64,000 nucleotides of DNA, from positions 8,800,970 to 8,864,969 of the forward strand of contig MU056000.1 of assembly GCA_013239625.1 (NCBI GenBank). Direction: 5' to 3'. The DNA is from Lama guanicoe (lineage: Eukaryota). Shown here piece by piece: positions 25,799 through 38,939 of this stretch (the stretch's first letter is position 1; every line of letters begins with the position of its first letter). The notes below the pieces were generated by a model. The model had not been told where the DNA came from. It was given only the letters and a program-made list of their open reading frames with translations, and made no database searches. The position numbers were made by a program, and so were the translations under genes.

Positions 25799-26829
25799 TA
25801 TGTCTTTTGCTGAGAAGCATTTATCTGAATTTTAAAAATTCTTTTTAACTTTAATAACTACATACTATATTTAAGTAATCTTAAGTTTAAGATCTTTATT
25901 CAAAAATAACATATATAATATTATTTACATTTATTCTTATGCTCCTTTATGTTAAATGTATATCTATATTCTCTCTCTCCATCTATATTTCTATCTATAC
26001 ATTCATTCATTCATACTCTTACATATATTTTTCTCCATAGAAAGATGTATGTAACTGTCTCCATCACATAGTAACTAAGGTTTATTCATGTGATTGTATT
26101 TAATGCATACATACATGTGTCTGTACGTATACAGTTTCCTTGGTTGGTTAGTCCCTTCCTTGAAATTTTCATACATCTATCGAATTTACAAAAAAATCAT
26201 TATTCTTAGAAAAGTTGCTCTCCATCCAGAAATAACTATAACAAAAATGTCTTGCAATGTCTTTTCTTGGACGACATTGTCGTATTACCAGCCAATTGTA
26301 GAGATTTGTTCTGCTTCCAGTGGGTGCGATCCTGCATATCTAGTTTGGTGTCTGGGCAATTTCTTTACCTCTTTTTGCCTCAGAACATTTTTGAGAAGTC
26401 AAATGTATAAAGATACATGCATATATGTGTATGTATTTACATATATATGTATAAAAACAATTTTTCACTGCTCAACATTTGGAAAATTACTGTGGAACAA
26501 TTTTCAGAAAGCTGCAAAGAAGTAACTGAATATAAAGTACAGTGTTTTCAGGCTGCTGAAGTGCTGGTGGACAGTTTTCTTGGTTTATTTTCTTGCTGAT
26601 GGATTGAGTTGCTCATATGGAAGATTGTAAGGGTCTCTGACTCAGGCTAGTCAATTTACTGTCTCAGAGGACTACTTGTTGTGTGATTCGTACCACTGAC
26701 AGTTGACTTATGATAGATTTATTTTCCAAGAAATAATCAACTTTGAATCACAAGTTAGTAAACCAATGATCAAGTAATCTTTATTCCATTTAATTACCTT
26801 AAAATTTAAGCCAAACCAAGAAAGTCATG

Positions 26830-26990
26830 GAGGAGAAGCATAGAATTCTAGAACTGCCACTTATTCAAATTGTGTTACAGGGAAATTTATTTAAGTTCTC
26901 AAAACAATCTTTTCATCTATGAAGAATTATTTTTTGCGAGGAAAAATGACAAAATGTATGAAAGCATTAGAAATATTATATGTCTGATAT
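26830..26990 (+). mobile_element. MIR SINE (degenerate)
   Basis: CTGCCACTTATTC...TGTGTTACAGGGAAATTTATTTAA...TTTTCATCTATGAA. Confidence 0.6.
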
Positions 26991-27819
26991 AAACATGTTT
27001 AACAAGCACAATATTGTGTTATATAGTACATATAATATATGTATTTATAAGTTTATCACATATTATATGTTATATATATAAATAAACTTTTGTCTAAATG
27101 TATCAAAAGCAGGATCATGTTCCTCATTAACCGAAGTATTTTTATAGACAGGGAAGTAGGGGAGGACAACAAATCTACCCAAGACCATTGAGAGAAGGAA
27201 GGGACTGCAGTGGAGTTCCCACCTTGAAGACAAAATTGCAGAAAGAGCAGAGACTGCCCCCAGCTGGATACTGGAGCGGGTAATCTCTGTCTTGGGGACA
27301 CGTTTCCATCAGCCCTGTGGAATTTGTAGCCCCTAAACTACCAATTTAGAACCTGTTCAGAATTGTGGGACTCAGATGATCTGGAAAACAGAATTACAAA
27401 AACCACCAGAGCATCTTCAATGTTATCTTCAAATACAAATACAAAACATCCCCCTTGATATTTGCTTGTACACAGAAAACTAATAACACGTAACGCAGAC
27501 AAGAAGCACAACAAATTTAATCCAGAAAGGACTGTAAAAACTGAAAGTATCAGGGAAACATTGAAATGAGTATATTTATAATCCACAAATAGATAATGGA
27601 AAAATGTTATCTAAAATGAAACAGTATCTGTGAAATGAACCCAGAATACTTGCGTAGGAAATCCAGGCAACAATAAACGCCAAGAAAAATGAAACAAAAC
27701 AAAGAAGTACAACTCTGAAACTTCTTTTTATTCACCAATCTTTCCATGTGTAATGAAAACAAAGTTCTTTGTACATGTTGACTCTGGCATTGTTCCACTA
27801 ATATGTTAAGCTCATGGCA

Positions 27820-28010
27820 GGTGGCACAGTGTAGGTTTGGAAGCAAATTCTGGGTCTTCATTTACATGACGTATAAGTTTGGGAAATTTACTTAATCCCT
27901 CCTACTTCAATTTCCTCATTTGAAGATTATTAAAAAAATGGCATCTCAGTAGTGAACATTGAAGATTAATTAGCTAACACAGTTTATTTCATCGTAAACA
28001 CATAATGTTA
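27820..28010 (+). mobile_element. MIR SINE
   Basis: TTTGGGAAATTTACTTAATCCCTCCTACTTCAATTTCCTCATTTG. Confidence 0.7.
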
Positions 28011-28989
28011 ACTTTAATTACTGACTGACAGTGTTTAGCCTTGAAATGGGCTCTCTAAATGAGTCATTTGGGGGGTATTAATTATTTTGATGAATAACAA
28101 ACTCATTACGTGTGATCGCTTTGTTCATTCGTTTGTTTGTTTTACCCATAACTAAGACACTTTTCCTTCATGAAAGAAAGAAAATCATTAAATGTCAAGT
28201 TTAAAGTTCCCGACTAGCAAACTCTTCCAGGTAAGCTAGTGTATATTTCATCGGTTTCACAAATTATTCTTGATTACACAATGAAATTGTCAAGGTCGAA
28301 GCTTGTGTAAGCGATTGTACAGTGTTTTGTTTTGCTTCATTTTGCTTTTTTTGTATTTGTTGTTTTGCTTTCACATTGCACTCCTAACTCCTAGCAGAGA
28401 GATGTTAAAAAGGTGTTAAATCAGGCTGATTTAATTCACAAGTAAAAGAAATATTATGAAGAGTATTGTATAAAATCCTTCCATAATCTGGAATATACTG
28501 ATTTCTTTTTATTCTTTCCAGCTGCATTTGGGATTTTACATATTTTGGAGGCATAAAAGTAGATTAGAACATGGTCCCTGGAAGCTCTACTTACCGGAAC
28601 ATTATTGTGAAATTCTAAAATTTGCAGAGTATATATATATTTAATTTTCAGTTTTGGCACTAAACATAATGCCATAAATATATATTGCTGTTTTTAGTTT
28701 TTCATGCCTAACAGAAGTATTCAAGGTATTAATCATATTAATGCAAAAGTACTTAAAACCAAATGGGAAGTTTTGATTTTCATCTCTCCAGCAGATTTGT
28801 GTGCCTGACGGCCAAAGGGCTGCTTTGGACTTGCTTGGAATTGTGAATTACCATTTGTATCTCCATAGTCTTTAAAATCATGATTAGGAAGAAAATATAT
28901 GTGGGAAATTACATAGGAATATATAAATATAGCAATGTTAGGAATATATGTTTATAATATTTTTAATTTTTACTTTCTGCTTAAGTATG

Positions 28990-29454
28990 TGTATGAGTTC
29001 TGTGGGGCTGCTGTAACAAAGTAACACACTGTTGGTGGCTTAAAACAATAGACAGACATTTTCTCACAGTTCTGGAGGCCAGAAGCCTGAAATCAAGATG
29101 TCAGTAGGGCCATGCTCCCTCTGAAGGTTATGGGGGTGAATCCTTCCTTGCCTGTCCCAGCATTTGGTGTTTGCCAGCGTTCCTTGCCATTGCTTGGCTT
29201 GTAGACACACTCCACTCACATGGTCATTTTCTCCCTATGTGCCTTCACATCAATTTCCCTCCATAATTTCCTGTCTTTTTGCTCAAATTTCTCCCTCTTA
29301 TAAGACACCATACTGGATTAAGGCCCACACTAATGGCCTCTTTGTTACTTGATTAGCTGTGTAAAGACCCTATTTGCAAAAGTGTCACAGCCTGAAGTCC
29401 TGGGGCTTTGGACTTCAGCGTATCTCTGTAGGGAGACACAATTCAAACAGAATA
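28990..29454 (-). mobile_element. MaLR solo LTR (MLT1B/C-like)
   Basis: TGTATGAGTT...GGGCTGCTGTAACAAAGT...GGTGGCTTAAAACAA...TCTCACAGTTCTGGAGGCCAGAAG...GACACAATTCAA. Confidence 0.9.
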
Positions 29455-29949
29455 GTGTGTTTATTATTTTTTTTAATTATCTTTGAGCAGCTCTAGTTTT
29501 CTCCCTTTTCTAAACGAAATTAGGAATCAAGATCAAGATACTTTTCATCTTCTAACCCAATTGAATGATTAAAGAGACTTTCAGATGGACCGAAATATTG
29601 AAAACATGGCCTCGTTCACATTTCTTTTAAGATCGGTCATAGTTTTACTCTCATTAGAGTCTCCTTTAAAAATATAAACTGAACACAAAATTCGTTTTAG
29701 ATTAGATGTTTGATGATTGGCTCAGCAGATTAAATTATGCATACTTTGTAGGGAAGGATCACTTTTATGCTTAAATTTTCATCACAAGTTGAAAAGAGTC
29801 GATTCCTTAGGGTGACATTGACATTATGTTAACACACTCAACTACGCACGTCTCAGAGTAGGGTATCCAAAAGACAACATCTGGTGTCTAGAGGTCTTAC
29901 TCCCAAGGAGGAACAATGCCAGCAGGGGACACAGCTTAGCACTGTTTCC

Positions 29950-30415
29950 ATTAAAATGGAAAGTCTCTGCTCTAAAATTGTCTTCCTCACAAAAACATAC
30001 AACCTCAGTCTAATCATGATAAAAACATCAGACAAATGCCTGTTGAGGAACATTCTACAAAATACCTACAAAGTACCTGACCAGTAGTCCTGAAAAGCAC
30101 CGAATGACTCCTCAAAGTCATTAGAACAAAGAGGCTGAGAAACTGTCACAGCCAAGAGGAGGCTCAGGAGACATGAAAATTAATGCAATGTGGTATCCTG
30201 GACGGGGTCCTGGAAGAAAAGAAAGACATGAGGGAAAAACTAACGGCATTTGAATAAACTTTGGTTATAATAATACATCAATATTGGTTTCTTCATTGTG
30301 ACAGATGCACCCTACTAGGGCAAGCTGCTAGCATAGCGCGATATACAGAAACACTCTAAACATTTCCACAAAGGTAAAGTATGCTAAGATTTTAAAAAGT
30401 TTATTTTAATAAAAA
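29950..30415 (+). mobile_element. L1MC-like 3' end
   Basis: AACCTCAGTCTAATCATGA...AACATCAGACAAA...GAGAAACTGTCACAGCCAAGAGGAG...AATGCAATGTGGTATCCTGGA, with an A-rich end. Confidence 0.85.
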
Positions 30416-30559
30416 ATGGATGAAGAAACTGACATTTGGCAACAGTGGGTAACTTACACTCAGGAAAGGGTTACTGTACTGGCTGCAGAAAATCAATACC
30501 CTCTTATCAAAGAAGCATTGGGTTGCTACTTTATAGTAAGAGTAACGGGACATGTGTCA

Positions 30560-31157
30560 AATATTAGATGTCCCCTGGGACACCTCTTAGTAGTCCCATG
30601 TCCTGGATGACAATCAATGGAAAACTACAGAAACACAAAAGAGCCAGGACTGGAACCTTCAGAAATGAAGATGATTTGGGTCACCCCATCAGACAAAGCA
30701 CCACACCAAGATGCTTACAGATGGTGGAGAAAATAAGGCATGGATGATGAGAGGGTGAATTTGTAAGAGCTATGACCACGTGACCAATTGTGGAAATGAG
30801 ACTGTAATAGTATGAGTATTTCTCCCTTATTTTGGTATTTATGTATTACTGTGCAATTAACCAGCTTCCCCCTTCTCCCATATCCTGTCATCTCACATAG
30901 AAATGTGAGTAGTAGATAGTCTTCTATATTAGTATTTAGTCTTCAGCATATTAAAGGGGGTGTGACTCAGCTAAAAGAGCAGTGAACCTCATCCAAAGGT
31001 GTGTAATGTGACTGTGCATTCTCTTTGGGGAGCAGTTGAAATGTCCTCAGTGTATGAGAAAAAGCAGAAACATGGCAGGTGACAGCCTAATTTTATTCAC
31101 TTGAAAATCAAGGGTGATTAAAAGAGATGTGCACAGGGGCCAGGGTAGCAGGTTGAC
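30560..31157 (+). mobile_element. ERVL internal sequence, 3' end
   Basis: CCCCTGGGACACCTCTTAGTAGTCCCATGTCC...CAATGGAAAACTACA...CCTTCAGAAATGAAG...TTTGGGTCACCCCA...ATGACCACGTGACCA resembles HERVL/ERVL-E 3' internal sequence. Confidence 0.8.
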
Positions 31158-31710
31158 CGGTGGTGCTCAACTGTGTCAACTTAGCTATTTTTCCAGAATC
31201 CCCTTTACCAGATGCACTGGATTAGAGAAGGATGTGCAGTATCTGAAGGCAAAATGGGGCAGCAGTCAGTAAAGTCGGAAGGTCTCAGTGGGAGGCGGAA
31301 GTGCTGTAGCTCACACGTATCCTTGCTGATCTGCGGGCTCATTCGCCCGGCCAGGTGCCCTTCCTTCAGGTTCTACCCAGTCGGGCCAGGTGTCTGTGGG
31401 AAGGTCACCAGATTCTTCTGCAGGTCATTTCATGGCCAAGGTTGGAGGCAGTGAGAGACTGACACAGATTCCCCTTTGTTCTTGGGGGTTCAGATTGTCC
31501 TCTTGGGTTTGAATTTGTTTTTGTGTTTCCCTGCCATGTATCTAACTCTTTTTTGGATTCATATGGCTCCAGGCTCATCATCGTAGCTAGATGCCTTCCA
31601 AAGACCTCTTTGTGAGCTCCCACAAAGGACTGTGTGAGGCTTAATCTCCACAATCAATGCCCTAGTTAATGTTATTCATAGTACTTCTGAGCCTCTGATC
31701 AAACCCTACA
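31158..31710 (+). mobile_element. MLT2-type ERVL 3' LTR
   Basis: GTGGTG...TGTGTCAACTTAGCTA start and ...CTCTGATCAAACCCTACA end; directly follows ERVL internal sequence. Confidence 0.75.
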
Positions 31711-31749
31711 TAGTGAAAAACACACAAGGGAAAGCTGAGGAGGTGGATG

Positions 31750-34330
31750 GACGAGAATGAGAAACCAGGGAACAAACATTAGGGCCACTAAAGAGAGAGA
31801 AATTTGGAGAAGTAGCTGCTTTCTCCCTGCCCACCCCCTCAACACTGTTGGAAGAAGCAGAGGTTAGCTGGTGTATCTGCATAAGGAATAAAGCAGCTGG
31901 CAGTGGCTGGAGACACGAGGGGTGTCCTAGGAAGAGAGTAGCGCCATGATGACACGGGAACCTCAAGAAACAAAGATCAAGATTGCCAACTCACCCCAAC
32001 AGGTAGCTCAGCCTGCCCCAATTGTTCTGCTCAAGTACAAGAAACAAGGTCCTGTAACCAGTCACATCCATACTCAAAGACAAAGGACCACAGAGAATCA
32101 AATTAAAAGAAAAGTAGGAAAATTGAACCTCACTAACTGCTTAAAGAAAAGAAGCAACGTGAATAAGCCGTCAACTCTAACCAACAGAATAATTCGTTAA
32201 CATGGGACTGCATAGGGGCAATCCCAAAGCATTCAAAAATTTAAAATAAATGTTTAGAGATGCTGGACATGATTTAATCCCCAAAATGAATAGTGTTATA
32301 AAATAGGGAAGAAAGTCTGCTGAAACTTAAAACATGATTATAATAAATTAAGAATGAGAACAGCATAGTAAAGAGGATGAGAAGTAGATTGAAGAGACCG
32401 AGGTTATCTGTGAGGGAATATGAGTTGGGTGAATAATGAAATTTTCATCATATATATTGATTGTGGGATGACAACTATCTTAAACATTCCAAGGGGAAAT
32501 TAGCTGGAAACTCGATTCCTCTGTCCAGCTATACCAGAATTTGTGGGAAAGGACAAATTGAAAACTTATTTTTGATACTCAAAAAGGCTCATAAATTTTT
32601 ACCAAACTAGAGGATATCTCTGAAATAATTATTGAAGAATAAATTGTTTTAAGGAAATTTTAGGCTAAGAGAAATATTAATGCTAATTATAGTAGTAAAA
32701 CTTAAGTATATGTCTAAATAATTGTTGCCATAATTTAAAAAATCTAAATATAGAATCCTAGGAGATCTACAATTGTTATCGTGGTGGGGGAGAAAAGCGA
32801 AAATACGCTAAGGTATTTCTTATTCAGAGATAAGATATAGATACTGTTTGACTTCAGACTCTCCTGGAAAAATATGAGATGAAGTGAAACAAAAAATATT
32901 GTTTAAATCATCAAAAGGAAAAATGAGGAAAAGGTAAAACAGAAAGCATAACTAGAAAACATGAAATACAATGATGGGGGTGCAATCAGGAAACTCAGTC
33001 TGATGATAAGGATGAACTGGAGATAATCTCAGTGGTTCAAACAATCCAGTTAATAGCCTTTGCAATAGGCGGGGGTAGTATTTAAAGGCAAAAAATTAGA
33101 AAGTTTGAAAATACTGGAATGGAAATGACGGTTGAACAAAGAAAAAAAAAGTCATATTGTAATACTGATGTCAGGTGAAAATCAAAGCAAAAAGCTTTGC
33201 AAGGGTTGAGAGGAGACATCTGAGCACGGTGCCAAGGCTGCGATGAATGAAGGAGGTGTTCATTAGGTCCCTGAGTGAGACTGATGCCAAGTGGAGAAGG
33301 CTGGACAGCCTGTGGACAGAAGTGTGGAAGATGCTGTTATTATTATAAGGAAGTGGCTGAGGACAAGATGGACCCAGTGTGCAGTAAAAAACAAATAGTT
33401 TTCAAATTAAAAGACTGTGGGGAGCTGTGTCTTCGAGGCAGAGTCCCAGTTCAGTTCAAGAATGGAGTGGGAGAAATACTTACAAATCCCATGACGACAG
33501 AGGTGAGTGTGCAGATTATCAAGGAAGAGATGATTCTGGAGGAAACCACCACAGAATGTGGGAAGAAACGAGGCTACATAAGTACAAAGCAGAACGGGGC
33601 ACCTGTCCAGGAGGTGGCTGTCATCTCAGGGGTTTGCCCTGGAACGCGGGCTTGCTAGCCTCAGAGAAATCAGCTGTGCTAAGGGCAAGGATTTCCTTTC
33701 CCTCCCAGTGGCTGGGCATCTGCAATAGAGGCAGAGATGGGCAGAATGCCTTTAGGGAGGGCCAGGAAGACAAGGTGGCCCTTTTTCAGGGTTTTGAGTT
33801 AACACTGCATTCTGGTGACTGGCACTTTCAAAGAGTGGGTTACTGGGCAGATCATGAGCCTCTCTCACTAAGGCTGCCCCTCAAGAATCTGCTTCAACAA
33901 GCGCTCTGGAAATTTGCCAGTTTGCAGCAGCATCCTTTCTCTGGGGGAATACAAGGATGTGTAAGGAAGAAAGATTATGAGATTCCATTACTGAACATTA
34001 AGTCTTTGAAGGCAATGTTCAAAAGGGAGAAATCACAATGCAAAAAGTTGAAGGCCAGTGCCTTATGGAAATAAGGCAAGAGGTTAAATACATGTACCCA
34101 CGTACACACACACATTCATACGTGCTGATCAACCTTGAAAATGTGCTTACCACATCCTCTGAGAGCGAGGGGATGGCTGGAAACAAACTTGGCCACATCA
34201 TGGAGGTGGGAAGAGGTGGGGCTGAGAGATGAGGGCTTTCCGTTTAGGGGGCATCTTAATCGTTTCCTAACTGGCGTCACGGGCTCTGGATACAGAGTGC
34301 AGGATGGGAATCCGGGGTCTAACACTGACT
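31750..34330 (+). mobile_element. Highly decayed old L1 (HAL1/L1ME-like): ORF1-like, ORF2 and 3' UTR remnants
   Basis: A-rich ORF1-like segment, then GTGGGAGAAATACTTACAAATCCCATGACGACAGAGG (similar to L1 TGGGAGAAAATATTTGCAAATCATATATCTGACAAAGG) and 3' UTR-like motifs. Confidence 0.6.
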
Positions 34331-35271
34331 GATGTTGTGATACCTGTATGCCAAATTAGCACCATAATGGCGTCAATGATGGTGATGGTGAGCATTGTCT
34401 CAGTCAATCTAAGCAACGTTCTAGCCTTGCAACTGGCTCAGTCAATGTCTACTAAATATTATTATTATCATCAGTCTTCCTTTTCCCTATTTGATTATTT
34501 TCCAGAAGAGGAAAGAACAAATAAGGAAACATATATCCAAAATATGAAACCTGGCAGAACAATGAAAATTCAGTAGGGACTTCTGTTAAACAACTGATAG
34601 CTGTTTATGTAGGACTGCAGGTAGGAGACAGGTAGGTCTGCATACAGACATATCCGGTAGGAACAGATGGCATATGTAGTCTCATGGGAAGTTTTTCACC
34701 AGAAGAATGCATTTATTTATCCTTTCAGCTCTTGTCAGGTATTAAAATACACAGATTAGTTTTTTATATACCCTCCAATATGTCTGGCCAACTCCCCTCT
34801 TCCTCCTCCTACTACTAAAGATTTCAAAACAGATCTAAGTCTCAAAAATTTTACGTTTATTCTGAAAAAAAAATCAATCTTCAAAAAGTCTAGTTCATAC
34901 TTCCATAAAGCTGTTTAAAAATGGTTTGGGAAGCAATGTTTTAGACATTTTGCTCAGTGCTGCTGAATAGTCAGATTCGTTTTTCTTACTAGAGGTAAAC
35001 ATAACATGGTTATTTTTCTATCAGAGACATTAGCTTATTCATTTAGCTCTGGGATATCAAATACCAAATGTTTATTTCTCTCTCTGTCTTGTCTCTCTCT
35101 TTTTCTCCCCTTAACTCCTGCTACCTTCTGCTTCTCTATATATACAGAAACTTCTCACAGAATATTGTACACTTTTTTCTACTAGAAAGAAGGAGTAAAT
35201 GAATGTCCTAAGATATTTTAAAATGTAGAATACAGGTAATCTATTCTGAAGCCAACAGCAAAGCCCCTTTT

Positions 35272-38200
35272 CCTTATTTTTTGAACTTTATTTGAAGTGT
35301 GACAAACAGAGAAAAGAGAAAAATCCTAACTGAATAACTCAATGAATTACCACAACGTCAACTGACTTAAAACCAAGTGCAGGTCTTTACACTGAAGATT
35401 TCAGCACTCAGAGAAGCTTCTTGTGTCTCCAGCCAGTCGTTAACCCTTCACTCCTTCAAAAGAAACGAACTATCATTAATTCTTAAAATAGAGTTTCACC
35501 GCTTTATGGCTTGAAATAGAATTGGATCATAAAATTGTAATTGTTTCATGTGTCTGGCATCTTTCACACAAGATTTTGAGATTATTTAAATTGTTTTACG
35601 GAGCTATTATTTCTTCTTCAAACGCTCACTAGTAGGCAATCCACTGCATTGCTAATTAGCATTTGCGTTGCTTCCAGCGCTTGGCTACGAAGAATAAATC
35701 AGCTCTGAACTTTGTCATGTATGTGTCTTAATGCACCCATGCATACATTTCTGTTGAAAATACACCGAAGGGTGGAATTGCTGAGTCATGATACTTGTTT
35801 ATGTTCAGTTTTAGGATCTTCTGACTGCCAGCCGTCCAAGGTGATTGTACCAATGAGCACTTGCTCAAGAAGTGTAGGGGGGAGTCATCGTTCTGCAGCG
35901 TTGCCAGCTCCAGGCATAGTGAAAGGCTCTTACCTTTAATCATTCTGGAGGGTGTGTAATGATAACTCCTGTATAATTTCTAGGTCACCTTTATGCTTAT
36001 TCACTATAGGACGCTGAGTTAGTGATCTCTGGTGCACTGTCTGTTCAAGTTTCTTGCCCTTATTTCCATTCTGTTGTGTGTCTCTAATTATCTAGCAGGG
36101 CTTTGATTATTCTGTATATGAGCCATTTTTCAGTGTGCGGCCTGTAAATACCTTCTCTCACTCTATGTTTGTTTTGCAATTTCTTAAGTGTATATTTTGA
36201 GAAAGAGAAGTTCCTATTTTAGGTAGTCCAGTTTATCGATATTTCGCTCTGTAGTGTTAGTGTGCCCTGTGTCTTAAATTTTTTTCTTTGCCAAGTTCAT
36301 CAATTTATACCCCTCATTACTTAGGAGTGTGTATGTGTGTGCACACCCATGTAACTTTCTTTTCTTCTAATGAATTTATCAGGGTTTTGTATCAGATCTA
36401 TGCTAGAAAAAAAAGCTGTTTGTATTTTCATTTTTTCTTATTTCTTGAAGAGATGTCTAAGATTGACATGATTTATTTCTTAAATGTTTGGTTGATTTCA
36501 GTAACAAAATCATCTAGACCTTGAATTTGTCTGTGGGGAGGTCTTTAATTATATATCCTGCATACATTTTTCAAATTTTATTTTTTCTTCTGTAAGGTTT
36601 GGTAGGTTTTTCTTAAGTTTGTTGCTTTCATTTCAGTTTTCAAATGTATTGGTCTATATTTGTGCATAATATATTGTTATATTAATTTAACATCCATAAG
36701 CTCTGTAGTGAAGCCCCTGTTCGTTCCTGATAGTGATTATGTGTACTCGTTTTGCATGTTCTCTCAACTGCTTGCCAAGAATGTATCAAGTAAATTAGTC
36801 TTCTCAAAAAAACAATGTTTATTTTTGTTGATCTCTTTAATCTATTTCCTGCTATTACTTTTATTATCTGTTTCTTTTATTTTATATGGATATAATTTGT
36901 TATTAATTTTCTTTCACAGAAGGATGTTTAACTCATATTGTCAGCCTTTTCCTTTTTCAGCATATGCAGTAAGGACCATAAAGTATTCTTTAAGTATGGC
37001 TTGGCTGCATTCTACCAATTTTCATAATTTATTATTCAGTTCCAAGAATGTGATTTCATTGTGATTACTTCTTGGAACAATGGATTATTTTGACCTCAAT
37101 TTATGAACTTTTTTAACTCATGAGTTTTTTTTTCTAATTATTCTCTTATTATTATCTGTTCCTAGCTTGCTTGATGGTGCTATTCATGAGAACATAATTA
37201 ATATGATCTAATTTTTTGAATTTGATGACATTGTAGTTACACATATGATAACATTTTGATAATTCCATTTAACTATTTCTTATTGCACTGACTGGAAATT
37301 CCAGTAGATGAATTGACTTTACTCCTTTTACAAAGATCAGTGGGCTACATTCGTGGGCTCTTTCTGAGCGTTATATTTTGTCCTGTTGCCCTGTTTGTCT
37401 ATTCTTTGGCCAAGAGCCTGCTGTCTTGATTAATACGACCTTATAGTAAGTCTTGACTTTGGAGAGTGTGAGTCCTCTGGATTTGTTTGCTTCTTCAGTG
37501 TTATGTTTGTTATTCTGGGTCTTTGTCTTTCTAAATAAAGTTTAAAATTAATTTATTGATATCTATAAAATAACTTTCAGGGATTTTTATTGAGATGAAC
37601 TTATTATTACATAATGCCCCTCATTATCCCTGATAATTTTCCTTATTCTGAAGTCAGTTTTGACTATAGTTAATATAGCTCCTCCAGTTTTCTGTTGTTT
37701 AGTGTTGGAAAGGTATATCTTTTTCCATCCCTTTAGTTTTATCTATCTTTCACTTTCCATTTAAAGTGTGTTTCTTGTTCACAAGATAGAGTTGAATCTT
37801 GATTTCATATTCACTCTTAACAATCATTTTCTTTTAACTGGTGTGTATCTAGACCATTAATTTAAAGTGACTATTAGTATCATCGAATTTAATATCTCTG
37901 TGTTTATGAATGTTTCTATTCTTCAAATGTATGCTTTTCTCTTTTTAAATGTGTTCCTTTTTTCTTACTTTTTTCCGGCATTATTTGAGCTTTTTATTTG
38001 ATTCTATATTACTCCTCTCTTAGCATATTAATTATATTTCTTTAATTTTTTTTTTAGTGGTTGCCCTAGTGTTTGCAAAATACATGCACAACTAACCTAG
38101 CCCACTTTTATTACACTCTATCACTTCATGAGTGGTGCAGGTAACTTATAACGGAGTATGTCCATTTCCTCCCTCAAGTCCCTCACAATATGCCTGTCAT

Positions 38201-38395
38201 TCATTTCACTTATTTATCTATAGGTCAATTAAGATGAGAAAATAACAGATTTTGTTTTACCTAAATTTTTCGTTTTCAGATGTTTTTATTTATGTAGATT
38301 TGAGTTTCTGAATACATCATTTTACTTCTCTCTGAAGAACTTTCAACATTTCTTGCAAGGGGGGGGTCTATTGGTGACAAATTCTCTCAGTTTTG
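35272..38395 (-). mobile_element. Composite of old L1 fragments (L1ME/L1M 3' UTR, ORF2 and inter-ORF pieces)
   Basis: Continuous T-rich reverse L1 motifs, e.g. GGAATTGCTGAGTCATG, CTGTCTTGATTAATAC...TTATAGTAAGTCTTGA, CTCCAGTTTTC, ACATTTCTTGCAAGG. Confidence 0.85.
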
Positions 38396-38399
38396 ATTA

Positions 38400-38900
38400 G
38401 ACTGATGATGGATTAGACAGGCTATAACCAGAAAAATAGAAACAACTTTACTTCTTTTTGAAACAATGTAAATGAAAGCAAATAATTTTAACAGAAGTGA
38501 CAGAACACCTAGAAGCCAGATGAGAGTTTGTGATCTCACTAGAACAGAAAAAAAAAAAAAAGTCCAGGGAATGTGGGACCACTGGGCTGGATGGACAAAA
38601 AGCATCAATCACCTGAGTTTAGAACTTGGAATCGCAGCAGCCTGTCACATAGGAGCTGAATCCAGGGAGCAGATGCTGCCACCAACAGAGAAAAGTTCTA
38701 GGGTGGAGAACAGGGGGAAGAGACCTGCTGGGTCCTTCCTCTGTCTGCTCCCCAGTCTCCCCATGGGCCAACCACAGTGGAAGACCCTGACAAGAGCCCA
38801 GGGAGATATGTGCTTTCAGCAGCCAGACCTCTATTTAACAGAGGAGCATAGACAAAGAATGAGGAATCCATCTGAGGGCAAAAGACTCAGAGGCATTTAA
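38400..38900 (-). mobile_element. Ancient ERVL-class LTR fragment (subfamily uncertain)
   Basis: CTCCCCATGGGCCAACCACAGTGGAAGACCCTGACAAGAGCCCAGGGAGAT...ATCTGAGGGCAAA. Confidence 0.5.
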
Positions 38901-38939
38901 ATATTGTACTTGTTAATACCCCAGGAACACTTGTCCAAG

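Noticed and set aside
29392..29418. 9-bp stem CTGAAGTCC/GGACTTCAG
   Set aside because: Lies inside an MLT1 LTR at a position that is already quasi-palindromic; no evidence of function.
33275..34074. Overlapping 127-aa and 215-aa ORFs
   Set aside because: No recognisable protein family, non-ATG starts, and they lie in a decayed GC-enriched L1; not called as CDS.
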